Of a DNA stretch of 64,000 bases, positions 33,324 to 43,355 are shown piece after piece. The DNA comes from Alphaproteobacteria bacterium (GTDB lineage Bacteria; Pseudomonadota; Alphaproteobacteria; JAAXGF01), in NCBI GenBank assembly GCA_963555825.3, contig CAUVXB020000001.1:1472001-1536000 (forward strand). The letters are read 5' to 3'. The notes beneath the pieces are model-generated. The model searched no databases and had not been told where the DNA came from. It saw only the letters and a program-made list of their open reading frames with translations. A program made the translations under genes and the position numbers. The stretch's first letter is position 1. Each line of letters begins with the position of its first letter.

Positions 33324-34150
33324 AAAACGAAGCCAAGGAGAAGCCAAGGGTAGGTAATATCAGGTTTTATCCACCAGCAACGCGGAGACAGGCAAATATT
33401 CTTCACCGAACCGCAAAGACCTGTACAAGCACGCCATCGGCCAACAACTTTTTACCGCCCCGTCAAGATTCAGCTATAGCTCCCGAAGAACGCAACCGCC
33501 GCGTTGTGGCCATCGCAGAACGCCTCGGTCGTCTCCGCCGGGTAGGCCTTCACGAAGCAGGCATCACTGTGGGGAAGATCGAAGGCAAGGAAGTGGACCT
33601 TGCGCGCCACGCCGCCGATCACCGCCATCGCCTCGCCGAAGTCCGCCTGGGCGTGGCCGGGGGAATGGACGAGCGGCACGAACATCTCGCGCGACCGAAG
33701 CCGCCGCTCACGGACATAGTCCTTCACGATGGTGTAGCCGCCGGTGAACCCGTACTCGTCCCGGAGACGGTCGAAGATCCGCTTCGCCGTGTGCCGTTGC
33801 TTGTGGTGGCTGGTCCGATCGTCTTCCAGAATCCGATCGATGATCCCCGTGAACGGACCCAGCTTCGGCCGCCGTGGCGGCTTGCCGCGGCGATACCCCG
33901 GCGGCACCGAGAACGACAGCATCTTGCGTACCGTCTTGCGGTCCAGCCCGAACACCCGCGAGGCCTCGCGGGTGCTCATTCCCTCGACACGACACGCCCG
34001 CCGGACCCGCGCGTACATCTCCACCCGATACATCCCCCCGCCTTCCAGTCAGAGCAACCCTGACAGAAGGCTATACGCGGTCCCATTTTGGTCCGCCACA
34101 GCCGGATCAACCGGCCGCTTCAGTGGGGGATTATTGCGCCGCCGTTCTCA

Positions 34151-36488
34151 GCCCGATGTTGGTGTTCCTGTGATGCAGCGAGTGGGCCAGATCGTAGAGC
34201 GGCTGCCAATGCAGCAGGCGGTGAATGAAATAGAAGTGCACCGAGTTCGAGAACGGGATCGCGACGAACAGGGCCACGAACCAGACCGGATTGGTGTCCC
34301 AGCTTAGCAAGGGCAGCACGTCGTTGGCATAGGCCCACATGAAGAAGACCTCGTAGGCCGTCCACAGCGTGACGCCGCTCGCACAGCTCCAGAACATGTT
34401 GTCCCAGACCTGGGTGCGCGCGAAGAACCTGGGGTCGTTCCGGCTGGGTGCGAGTCTCGCATGGCAGTGATGTCTGCGGCTTGGTTCGTTGAGTTCAGGC
34501 AGCGATTGCCATGGCTGCTGCACGTGGACTGATGTTGTCGTTGGCCGGTGTGTCGGTTGCGCTGATCAGGGCCTTCCATGCCCGCTCGAAGCGGCCGGAT
34601 TTGATCAGGGCGCGGAAGGTCAGAACAGCCTGTCCGCCGACGATCCGCCAGCGCATGCCGGAGCGCTTCATGCGCTGTGTCACCAGGGTCTTGTTGGCAG
34701 CTTCGACCACGCCTGAGCCGATGGCGATGCCCTCTTCCTTCAGGGCGTGGTAGCGCATGCGATGGCGATGCTTGCGGAAGAAGGCGAGTTCCCGCTCGGT
34801 CTCGGCCCGGTCCGGCGCAGCGGCGGCATCGCGAAGGTGGCGCAGCGCCCGGATCACCTTGGCGACGCCACGGGGATCGTGACGGAGGATCTCGCGGTAC
34901 TTCTCGAACCAGCCGGGCGCCACGGCATGGTCGGACGCGGTTTGCAGATGTTCGCAAGCATGCCAGAAGTCGATCACCTCGGTTTCGGGCGACAGGGTCT
35001 CCAGGAAGGTCCAGTTGTCGGCGGCGCCATCGGCGATAGCGACGATCCCGATCTCGGGGCGTGCTCGCCTGATGTGTGCGACTTCGCTTGCAAGCTGCGC
35101 CTTCAGCGTGAGCTTGCCGCTCTCCGGCATGCGGCCGAGATAGAGGGTCTTCAGGCGCTTGCCCTCGGCGTCGTGGAAGGAGACCGTGCCGCAGGCAGCC
35201 TCGCGCCAGGAGGCCTTGGCGCGACCGTCCTCGCCGGGTCTCAGCGGCACCATGACGCCGTCGAGGGAGACCGAGGCGGTGGTCGCGTCCTGCGGTATGC
35301 CCTCGGCCTCACGGATGCTGCCCAGCGTCTCCGGGCCGAGGCTCTCCCAGCATTCGTGCATGCTCAGGGTCAGGCGCTGCAGGGTGCTCACCGACGGCGT
35401 CATGGCGCCGGTCTTCGCAAAGAACGCCGCCGCTTCCCGGGCCGTGCAGTGACCCATCATCAGCAGACCGAGCTCGGCCGCCGGCCGCGTCAGGTAATCG
35501 TCGACGAGGCCCAGGCTCTCGTCGACCGGCACCGGCGATGCCCCGCTCGCGCCGCTGCGGTAACGCGCTCGCCGGTAGGTCACCGGACCGAGCGAGGTCA
35601 TGATCGTCTTCGGCGTCACCGCGACCCGGAACCAGCTCTGCCCGTCCCGCTCGATCCGGGAAGCGCCATCGTCCCGGTTCTCGATGACGGCGCCCATGAC
35701 ATCGCGAGCGAACTCGTTCGTGGCCTCACGCACCCGCAACTCGACCTCCTCGGGCGCCTCGGGGCGCGGCTCGGAACGAAGCTCCTCGCGACACAGTGCG
35801 AGCACCCGGGCGGCCGCCTCGACGACCCGAGGAGGCAGGCCGGAAAGATCGATGGACGAAGGCGCCGGAGGCGGGGATACTGCCATGGGAATGCTCCCGA
35901 TGTTGGGTTTCGAGACACGGCATCGTACCGCTTCTGGCGGTGCGGAGCGTTCCCACCTTCCCCTGCTCGACCCTGCCGTCGTAACAAAATCCTGCCTTGG
36001 AGCGGCCCATTGTCACGAATAGCCGATTTCGGCCGTTCGTCTCGACACAAAAAACGCACTAAATCAATGACTTAGATTTTCCATACCAGACCCACACCCT
36101 TCCGGCTCTGCTCGCGCGGATCGAACTTGTGCCGCTCGCCCTGTCTCTTGAACGTGTAGAAAAACAGATGCAGGCCGCCGGCCACCAGCATTATCAGGCC
36201 CAGATTGCGCGCGAACATCTGCAGGATCCAACCCGCCTCGAGCGTCACGCAGCGCTCCAGCGCGGGTTGCAGCCAGAACCAGACGATGGCGGCCGTTACC
36301 ACATAGGTAAGCTGCACCGACCATAGGTAGCGGATGGACGTGAGCCATCTGAGCGCCGAAACTGGTTTCAGCGGGAAAACGAAGACCGGGACACCCTGCA
36401 AAGGCAATGGCGGGTGCCAGGCCCAGGGGCTCTTCTTAGCAGTGGCCGCGTGATCTCGGAGGCTCGCTTCGGATATCGTGCCAGACAT
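34151..36488 (-). pseudogene. sterol desaturase/fatty-acid hydroxylase family protein, split by ISKra4 and 3'-truncated by IS21
   Basis: HFYFIHRLLH and HSLHH His boxes; frame rejoins across the TSD (...DPREQSRNDPRFF...). Confidence 0.88.
34446..36099 (-). mobile_element. ISKra4-family element (transposase 34495-35886), 8-bp TSD TTCCGGCT
   Basis: IR GGGTGCGAGTC / GACCCACACCC; SLDG, ADGA, DFWHA, IGSGVVEAA...RMKRSGMRW. Confidence 0.9.
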
Positions 36489-36571
36489 CGTCGCCCTCAT
36501 CCCATGCCGCCGCTTCGGAAATTGACACCCGCGACGGCCATACCGTCAAGTGCAATACGCAGGCTGCGGCA

Positions 36572-37183
36572 TCAATCCGGGTCGGCGTCGTAGACGCTGA
36601 GCCGCATCGGCGTCGACGTGCCGCCCAGGATGCGGTCCGACGAGCACGCGGTCACGACGACGGTGCAGTCGAGATCGACGCTGAGCGTCACGAAGTCGCC
36701 GGGTTGGCTCATGGTCAGGCCGATGAAGAAACTGCCGTCGGCGGCCGGCGGCGTGTTCTGGAAGATGTTGACGGGATCGAGCTGGACGACGTGTTCGATG
36801 CCGGCGGCGCGCACCGCCGCGAAATAGTTGTCGCGGCAGTTCGGATGGTCGGGCATGCCCCTGCCGGCGAACCAGACGTGGTTGCACGACGCGAACAGCA
36901 TGTCGTGGAAGCCGGGCGATTGGTCCTTGGTGAAGGTCAGGATCGGGCGGTCGCGGGTGGTGAAGAACGACTGGCCGACGCGGGGGAACAGGTTGCGGTT
37001 GTGAAGCCGCGTGACCGACGGCGAGAGAAACTCGTCGTGGTCGGCGGCGGCAACCGCGAACAGATCGCCGATCTGCATGCCCTCGAGGTCGGTGAGCCGG
37101 ACGAACTGCCCGGCCTTGGCCGTGATAAATCCGCCCGAATAACCCGCGATGTCGACCGACGTAAACGGTTCACGATCCGTCAT
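36572..37183 (-). CDS. urea carboxylase-associated (DUF1989) family protein
   Basis: LEGMQIGD, HDMLFASC, NCRDN, VNIFQN, TACS. Confidence 0.88.
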   Translation of the reverse strand: MTDREPFTSVDIAGYSGGFITAKAGQFVRLTDLEGMQIGDLFAVAAADHDEFLSPSVTRLHNRNLFPRVGQSFFTTRDRPILTFTKDQSPGFHDMLFASCNHVWFAGRGMPDHPNCRDNYFAAVRAAGIEHVVQLDPVNIFQNTPPAADGSFFIGLTMSQPGDFVTLSVDLDCTVVVTACSSDRILGGTSTPMRLSVYDADPD

Positions 37184-37260
37184 TGACGCTTCCTATCCCC
37201 GCCGACGTTGTCCTAGGCGCCATGTTAAACCCGCTATCATCCGTGGCAAGTCAGACCGGC

Positions 37261-38091
37261 TCAGTCGGCGTCCCACACTGGCGAGAACTCGAAATCGCAG
37301 ATCCGAAGGTGGCGCGGCCGCAGGGCGTCGATCGCCGCCATCTCGGCCGCGTCGAGTTCGAAATCGAAGACGTCGAGGTTTTCGCCGATGCGCGCGGCCT
37401 TGCTCGAACGGGGAATCGCGACGACGCCGTCCTGTTGGACCTGCCAGCGCAGGGTGACTTGGGCCGGCGTCTTGCCGTGGGCGCCGGCGGCCCGGGTGAT
37501 CGGCGCCTCGGTGAACAAGTCGGAGCCGCGCGCGAGCGGACAATAGGAGACCACGGCGAGGCCGTGCTTGCGGCATGCCGCAAGCACGCGGTCCTGGTTC
37601 AGCAAGGGATGGTATTCGATCTGGTTGCAAGCCAGCGGATGGTCGGACAGGGCGACCGCCTCCTCGACCAGGGCGACGGTGAAGTTCGACACGCCGATGT
37701 TGCGCGCCAGGCCGCGCTCGCGCACCTCGTTCAGCGCCTTCATCGATTGGCCGAGCGGCACCGTCTTCGAGGGCCAGTGGATGAGGGCGAGGTCGACGTT
37801 ATCGACCGCGAGCCGTCGCAGGCTCGCCTCGAGGGAGCGTTGCAAATCGTCGCCGGCGATATCGGTCGGCCAGACCTTGGTCGTCAGGAAGACCCGATCG
37901 CGCGGCACATCGGCGGCGCGCAGCCCCTCGCCGACGGCCGCTTCGTTTTCGTAGGACGAAGCGGTATCGACGTGCCGGTAGCCCGCCCGGAGCGCCGCCG
38001 CGACGCAGCGCGTTGCCGCCTCGCCGCGCAGCGTCCAGGTGCCCAGCCCGAGCGCCGGAATGTTCGCGCCGTTGGCGGATACATGATGCAT
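37261..38091 (-). CDS. aldo/keto reductase (2,5-diketo-D-gluconate reductase-like)
   Basis: LGLGTW, GYRHVDTA..Y, LIHWP, IGVSNF, NQIEYHP. Confidence 0.93.
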   Translation of the reverse strand: MHHVSANGANIPALGLGTWTLRGEAATRCVAAALRAGYRHVDTASSYENEAAVGEGLRAADVPRDRVFLTTKVWPTDIAGDDLQRSLEASLRRLAVDNVDLALIHWPSKTVPLGQSMKALNEVRERGLARNIGVSNFTVALVEEAVALSDHPLACNQIEYHPLLNQDRVLAACRKHGLAVVSYCPLARGSDLFTEAPITRAAGAHGKTPAQVTLRWQVQQDGVVAIPRSSKAARIGENLDVFDFELDAAEMAAIDALRPRHLRICDFEFSPVWDAD

Positions 38092-38211
38092 GCTCCCGTC
38101 GCCCCTTCTCCGACCGTCCACGATCGACGAGACTAGCGAAGCCCTCGGCAGAGCGCCAGAGTCGGACTTTGCGATTGACCGCCATCGCCTTGTTACTCAG
38201 GATCATCGCCC

Positions 38212-39327
38212 ATGGCCGACTATGTCATCATTGGTGGCGGCGTCAACGGAACGGCAGTGGCGTGGACGCTGGCGAAAACCGGCGCCGCGGTCACACTGCT
38301 CGAAGCGCGGCGCGTCGCAGGCGCGGCTTCGGGCGGCCCGGCCCGGCGTGGCGTCCGGGCCAACGGGCGCGATGCGCGCGAGCTGCCGCTGATGCGCGAC
38401 GCCTACGACCTCTGGCCGGGCCTGCACGAACAACTCGATGCGCCGCAGTTCTACGAGCGGACCGGGCACCTGATGCTCATCGAGCGCGACCAGGACCTTG
38501 CCGAGGCGGAGGCCAGGGTCTGGCTGCAGAACCGCCACGGCATCGAGACCCGACTGCTCGACGCCGGCGCGCTGCGCGCGATGGAACCGCGGGTCAGCGA
38601 TGCGGTGAAGGCGGCGGTCCATTGCCCGGACGACGGCGTCGCCGACCACGGCGCCACGACCAAGGCCTTCGCCGCGGCCGCCGTCGCGCGCGGTGCCGAG
38701 ATCGTCGAAGGCGTCGTGGCGCGCCGTCTCGTCGTCGAGACCGACCGGGTGACCGGCGTCGAAACCGCCGCCGGAGACTGCGTGCCCGTCGAACGCGGCG
38801 TCTTCATTCTTGCCAATAGCGGCGTCCGCGAATTCGTCGCGCCCCAGGTGACCCTGCCGGTCTGGAACCTCGTCCTCCAGGTTCTGATCACCGAGCCAGT
38901 GGAAACGCCGCCGATGCGCCACCTGATCGGCCATGCCCATCGCACCGTCTCGCTCAAGGCCGAGGCCAGCAACCGGGTCATGATCTCGGGCGGCTGGCCC
39001 GGGCAATGGAATTCGGCAACCGACGAAGGGACGCCGTTGCAGGCCTCGATCGACGGCAACCTGGCCGAAGCGGTGGCGGTCTATCCCGACCTCGAAGGCG
39101 TGGCTATCGAGACCGCCGACGCCAGCCATCTGGAATCGGCAAGCATCGATGGAATTCCGATCATCGACATGCTGCCGGGCCTGGCGAACGCCTATTACGC
39201 GACCGGCTGGACCGGCCATGGCTGGGCGATCGCGCCGGTCGTCGCCCGGTTGCTCGCCCAATGGGCGGTCATCGGCCGCCGGCCCGAGCTACTCGCGCCG
39301 TTCGCCTACAGCCGGTTCGATAATTAG
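38212..39327 (+). CDS. FAD-dependent oxidoreductase (DAO/sarcosine oxidase beta-like)
   Basis: IIGGGVNG Rossmann motif; ATGWTGHGWAIAP. Confidence 0.9.
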   Translation: MADYVIIGGGVNGTAVAWTLAKTGAAVTLLEARRVAGAASGGPARRGVRANGRDARELPLMRDAYDLWPGLHEQLDAPQFYERTGHLMLIERDQDLAEAEARVWLQNRHGIETRLLDAGALRAMEPRVSDAVKAAVHCPDDGVADHGATTKAFAAAAVARGAEIVEGVVARRLVVETDRVTGVETAAGDCVPVERGVFILANSGVREFVAPQVTLPVWNLVLQVLITEPVETPPMRHLIGHAHRTVSLKAEASNRVMISGGWPGQWNSATDEGTPLQASIDGNLAEAVAVYPDLEGVAIETADASHLESASIDGIPIIDMLPGLANAYYATGWTGHGWAIAPVVARLLAQWAVIGRRPELLAPFAYSRFDN

Positions 39328-39462
39328 GGTCGGCGATATCGGATTTTCCAGCCCGCGACGGCGGGCCGCCGACCGTTCGGCCAGTCCATGTGGGATCAAG
39401 AGTGGCTTGCGCGGCGATCGAGCGCAGGTCAGCAAAGCTGACCGCACAAATAACTAACACCG

Positions 39463-39705
39463 TTAATCGCCGAGCTCGATCGCGTAGTCCTCGACCACCG
39501 TGTTGGCGAGCAGGCGGTTGCACATCGCCTCGACTGCCGCTTGCGCCTTGTCGCGGTCGGTCTCTTCGAGTTCGATCTCGATGTACTTGCCCTGGCGGAC
39601 TTCATCGACACCCGAGAATCCGAGCCGCCCGAGCGCCTGGGCGATCGCCTTGCCCTGCGGATCGAGGACGCCGGTGCGCGGCGTGATGTGGACGCGCGCC
39701 TTCAC
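39463..39705 (-). CDS. purS: FGAM synthase subunit PurS
   Basis: [21 protein letters not shown]; GTG start overlapping the purC stop. Confidence 0.96.
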   Translation of the reverse strand: MKARVHITPRTGVLDPQGKAIAQALGRLGFSGVDEVRQGKYIEIELEETDRDKAQAAVEAMCNRLLANTVVEDYAIELGD

Positions 39706-40472
39706 TGCATCACCCTGGGGCCTTTGTAGTCGCCGGGCCGGCCGCTCTCGGGCAGGATGCCGAAGCGCCGCGCGACTTCCTGGTAGGCCTCCTCGACGTT
39801 GCCCATGTCGCGCCGGAAGCGGTCCTTGTCCATGCGCTCGCCGGTCGACATGTCCCACAGCCGGCAATTGTCGGGGCTGATTTCGTCGGCGATGACGATC
39901 TGCAACTCGTCGTCGTTGGTGTAGAGGCGGCCGAACTGCAGCTTGAAGTCGATCAGGCGGATACCGATGCCGAAGAACAGGCCGCTCAAGAAGTCGTTCA
40001 CGCGGAGCGCCAGCGACATCATGTCGTCGAGGTCGTGGGTACTGGCCCAGCCGAAGGCAGTGATGTGCTCTTCCGAGACCATCGGATTGGACAGCTCGTC
40101 CGAGTTGTAGCGGTACTCGACGATCGAGCGCGGCAGCGGCGTCCCCTCGGCGATGCCCAGTCGGGTCGAGATCGAGCCAGCCGCGACATTGCGCACGACG
40201 ATCTCGATCGGAATGATCTCGACCGCCTTGATCAATTGCTCGCGCATGTTGAGGCGGCGCACGAAGTGCGTCGGCACCCCGATGTCGTTGAGCCGGCTCA
40301 TGATGTGTTCGGAGATGCGGTTGTTCAACACACCCTTGCCGGTGATGATGCCGTGCTTAGTGTTGTTGAATGCCGTCGCATCGTCCTTGAAGTACTGCAC
40401 GAGCGTGCCCGGCTCGGGACCCTCGAACAGCGTCTTGACATGGCCTTCGTAAACCTTTTTTCGGCGAACCAT
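39702..40472 (-). CDS. purC: SAICAR synthetase
   Basis: [41 protein letters not shown]; atypical residues noted in findings. Confidence 0.93.
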   Translation of the reverse strand: MVRRKKVYEGHVKTLFEGPEPGTLVQYFKDDATAFNNTKHGIITGKGVLNNRISEHIMSRLNDIGVPTHFVRRLNMREQLIKAVEIIPIEIVVRNVAAGSISTRLGIAEGTPLPRSIVEYRYNSDELSNPMVSEEHITAFGWASTHDLDDMMSLALRVNDFLSGLFFGIGIRLIDFKLQFGRLYTNDDELQIVIADEISPDNCRLWDMSTGERMDKDRFRRDMGNVEEAYQEVARRFGILPESGRPGDYKGPRVMQ

Positions 40473-40591
40473 GGGTCCACTTTCACGATTGGAGGCCCGG
40501 CGCAGCGGCTAGGCAAGGACCATGCGAAAGCCGGCTGAACGCCGACCGCACAGGGCAAGAACATAGTCTATATGCGATGCACAAACAATTA

Positions 40592-41621
40592 CCTGATTAC
40601 GCACTTTACTCAGCCGGATTGATGTGGTACAAATCATGAACATTTGGTCGTTTTTCTGGAGGTTCACAATGCCACGCAACAAGGTTCAGTTCCAGAAGGG
40701 GCTCAGCGAGCCGCGTTTTCGTGAGTTGTACGGTACCGAGGAGCAGTGTCGCGAGGCCCTGTTCCGCTGGCGCTGGCCGGAGGGGTTCGCCTGCCCCCGA
40801 TGTGGCGCCACGCGCCATTGCGAGATCGCCGGGCGAAAACTCTACCAATGCGCCGCCTGCCGTCATCAAGTCTCGCTGACCGCCGGCACGCTCTTCCACG
40901 CGACCAAGCTGGCGCTGACCCTGTGGTTCTCGGCGATCTATCACATGACCCAATCGAAGAAAGGGATCTCCTCCCTCGAACTCGGCCGGCGGCTCGGCGT
41001 CACCCAGACCACGGCCTGGAAGATCAAGCAGAAACTGATGCAGTCCATGCTCGAGCGCGACGCCAAATTGCCGCTCACCGGGCGGGTGGAGATGGACGAT
41101 GCCTACCTCGGCGGCCGCCGTTCCGGGGCCAAGCGCGGCCGGGGCGCGCCGGGCAAGACGCCGTTCGTCGCCGCCGTCCAGACCACGGCGGAGGGCCAGC
41201 CCGTGCGCATCAAGCTGCGCCGCGTCAAGGGCTTCCGCAAGAGCGAGATCGCCAAGATGGCCAAGCGCGACCTGAGCCCTGGGGCGACCGTTTTCAGCGA
41301 CGGGCTCAACTGCTTCACCGCCGTCACCACGCGGGGCTGTGCGCATCATCCGATATCCACCGGCTCCGGACCCGGGGCCGTCGCCGTGCCCGCCTTCAAA
41401 TGGGTCAACACCACCCTCGGCAACCTCAAAAACACCCTGCGCGGTACCTACCATGCGATCCGACCCAAGCATGTGCCGCGCTACCTGGCGGCGTTCCAGT
41501 ACCGATACAACCGCCGCTACCGGCTCGCCGACATGATCGAAGCCCTCGGCCGCGATGCCCTGCGCACGCCGCCCATGCCATATCGGCTCCTGAAATTGGC
41601 TGAGGTTAGTGCGTAATCAGG
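40592..41621 (+). mobile_element. IS1595-family element (transposase 40669-41616), 8-bp TSD AACAATTA
   Basis: IR CCTGATTACGCACT / AGTGCGTAATCAGG; Zn ribbon CPRC..CAAC, VEMDDAY, SDG. Confidence 0.95.
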
Positions 41622-41654
41622 AACAATTATGCAAGGGGCGCGGAACGGCGCGGC

Positions 41655-42398
41655 CTACAGCGCGACGTCGGTGAATGGCGACCTATCGGGCGGCCCGCCG
41701 GCAAAACGCCAGATCGCGCGATTGCGCTCGGCCGACAGCGCAATCAACGAACTCGACACCGTGCCGAAGCCGATATCCGATTCGATCGTCATCGCCGAAT
41801 CCGGGATATTCGCGTCGTCCGTCTCCCGGCAACCCAGCAACGCTTGCCACGCGCGCCAGTCGCCCGAGCCGGGATCGGGCGCCGCGACGGCGTGGAAACG
41901 CGGCAGATAGAGCCGGATTCGAGGGCTCGTCGCATCGTTGAGATCGCCGGCGGTAACGATCGAAACGCCATTGGGCACCGCGAATTGCTCGATTTCCGGC
42001 GTGCCGTCGGCGTTGCGCAACCAATATGCGAAATGGCGATCGGCGACAATCAGGTTGAAGGCCCGATAGGCGTCGCCGTCGACCATCGACAAAGCCTCGG
42101 CCGCCGAAGCGGCATCGTTGTGTGCCAGCGCGGCGAGCGGCAGTTCGCCCCGGCTCCGCTTGTCGGGGTCGGCGCCGAGCGAGCCGCGCCGGTTCGAAAC
42201 CGCCGCAACGACGCCCGCGTCGTTGACGCCGAGCCAGGTACCACCGGCGGTCTCGTCGCGACCCGCCGTCACGTCGGCTTGCGCCGGCCAATGGCGCGCC
42301 GGCGGCTGCCATGGCCGGTCGCGCATCTCGTCGCGGTTGGCGGCGAGGACGAGCGGCCAAGCATGGCCCGGCCGGCGCAAGAGAACGATAGTGCACAT
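41655..42398 (-). CDS. NRDE/TANGO2 family protein
   Basis: MC...AANRDE...RP, GGTWLG, SRG, FNL, FGT. Confidence 0.93.
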   Translation of the reverse strand: MCTIVLLRRPGHAWPLVLAANRDEMRDRPWQPPARHWPAQADVTAGRDETAGGTWLGVNDAGVVAAVSNRRGSLGADPDKRSRGELPLAALAHNDAASAAEALSMVDGDAYRAFNLIVADRHFAYWLRNADGTPEIEQFAVPNGVSIVTAGDLNDATSPRIRLYLPRFHAVAAPDPGSGDWRAWQALLGCRETDDANIPDSAMTIESDIGFGTVSSSLIALSAERNRAIWRFAGGPPDRSPFTDVAL

Positions 42399-42481
42399 GG
42401 CGGCATCCGTACCTATATTAGGGGCGACGGACAAGCGCCGTCTGGCAGGGAACCACCATCAATGCGGGGGATAGCGCACCG

Positions 42482-42802
42482 ATGAAAGCCTTCGACAAGC
42501 GCAAGGACGAAGCCGAGACCCGGTACAAGCACAGCGAAGAACTGGAATTCAAGGCCGGTGCCCGGCGCAACAAGCTGCTCGGGCTGTGGGCGGCGGAGCA
42601 AATGGGCATCACGGGCGATAGCGCGGACGCCTACGCCAGGGAGGTGGTCATCGCCGACTTCGACCGCCCGGGCGACGACGACGTGCTGGAAAAGGTGCAC
42701 AAGGACCTGACCGACAAGGGCCTCGATATATCGGCGAAACGGGTCCGCAAGGAAATGGACCAGCTGATGGAAGTCGCGCGTGAGCAGGTGCGCAACGAAT
42801 AG
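42482..42802 (+). CDS. DUF1476 / F1Fo-ATPase inhibitory zeta subunit
   Basis: EFKAxARRNKLLGLWAA, YAREVV.ADF..PGDDDV. Confidence 0.9.
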   Translation: MKAFDKRKDEAETRYKHSEELEFKAGARRNKLLGLWAAEQMGITGDSADAYAREVVIADFDRPGDDDVLEKVHKDLTDKGLDISAKRVRKEMDQLMEVAREQVRNE

Positions 42803-42816
42803 GCGGCCGACGGTCT

Positions 42817-43349
42817 AGCCCGGATTTCTCACCAAGGACAGGCGCGTCATCGCGTCGGGCGGTCGCCGATCCGCCAGGAGAAGGCCGCGGCGCATAGCCC
42901 GGGCTACGCGCAAGGCCTTCGACGCCGCGCCCGCCCGGCGCGACCCTTAAGGGCGGCGGATCTCGGACGACAGGCCGCGTCAAAGCGCTTGCCCGATGCG
43001 CGAGTACTCACTTGCACGATGCCACGGTACGTAAGACGGCCTTGCGTGGTCGTCCGGCAAGGCGCCCGGCGCGCCGCGATGCTGGACGCATCACAAGCGC
43101 CGGGCAACGCCGCCGGCGGCCGCGCAAGGCCGCCCTGCGGGTCGCGTTTCCCGCCCCCTCGGGGCGTCGGGAACGCTCTGCGATGCCAAGGCATCGCCGT
43201 CACGCCCCCGACTGCCGAGGAAACGGGAAACGCGATCCTACGTGCCGTGGAATCGTGCAAGGGAGTACTGGCATCGCGCGGCACGCTTTTCCTAGCCTGT
43301 CGGCCGATATCCGCCGTGCCGCACCTGTCCGTGGTGAGAAAGCCGGGCT
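42817..43349. mobile_element. MITE-like palindromic element (outer) with ~30-bp TIRs
   Basis: AGCCCGGATTTCTCACCAAGGACAGGCGCG versus reverse complement of CGCACCTGTCCGTGGTGAGAAAGCCGGGCT: 27/30 match. Confidence 0.7.
43007..43265. mobile_element. MITE-like palindromic element (inner), flanked by TA
   Basis: TIR CTCACTTGCACGATGCCACGGTACGTA / TACGTGCCGTGGAATCGTGCAAGGGAG. Confidence 0.7.
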
Positions 43350-43355
43350 GCCCCT

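Larger units (their letters stand above)
29223..33482 (-). mobile_element. IS256-family element (transposase 29254-30510), 9-bp TSD CCGAAGAAC, with inserted DNA inside its upstream IR
   Basis: IR GAGCTATGTCCGAAAGTTG / CAAGATTCAGCTATAGCTC; WADG, GDG, QRCWVHK, TTNPIES. Confidence 0.92.
27314..34150 (-). mobile_element. diverged IS21 isoform with istA split by nested IS256; istB 27504-28268
   Basis: ends TGTCAATGG.../...GTTCTCA; istA 5' part 33483-34033, 3' part 28265-29222; many substitutions versus copy 1. Confidence 0.92.
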
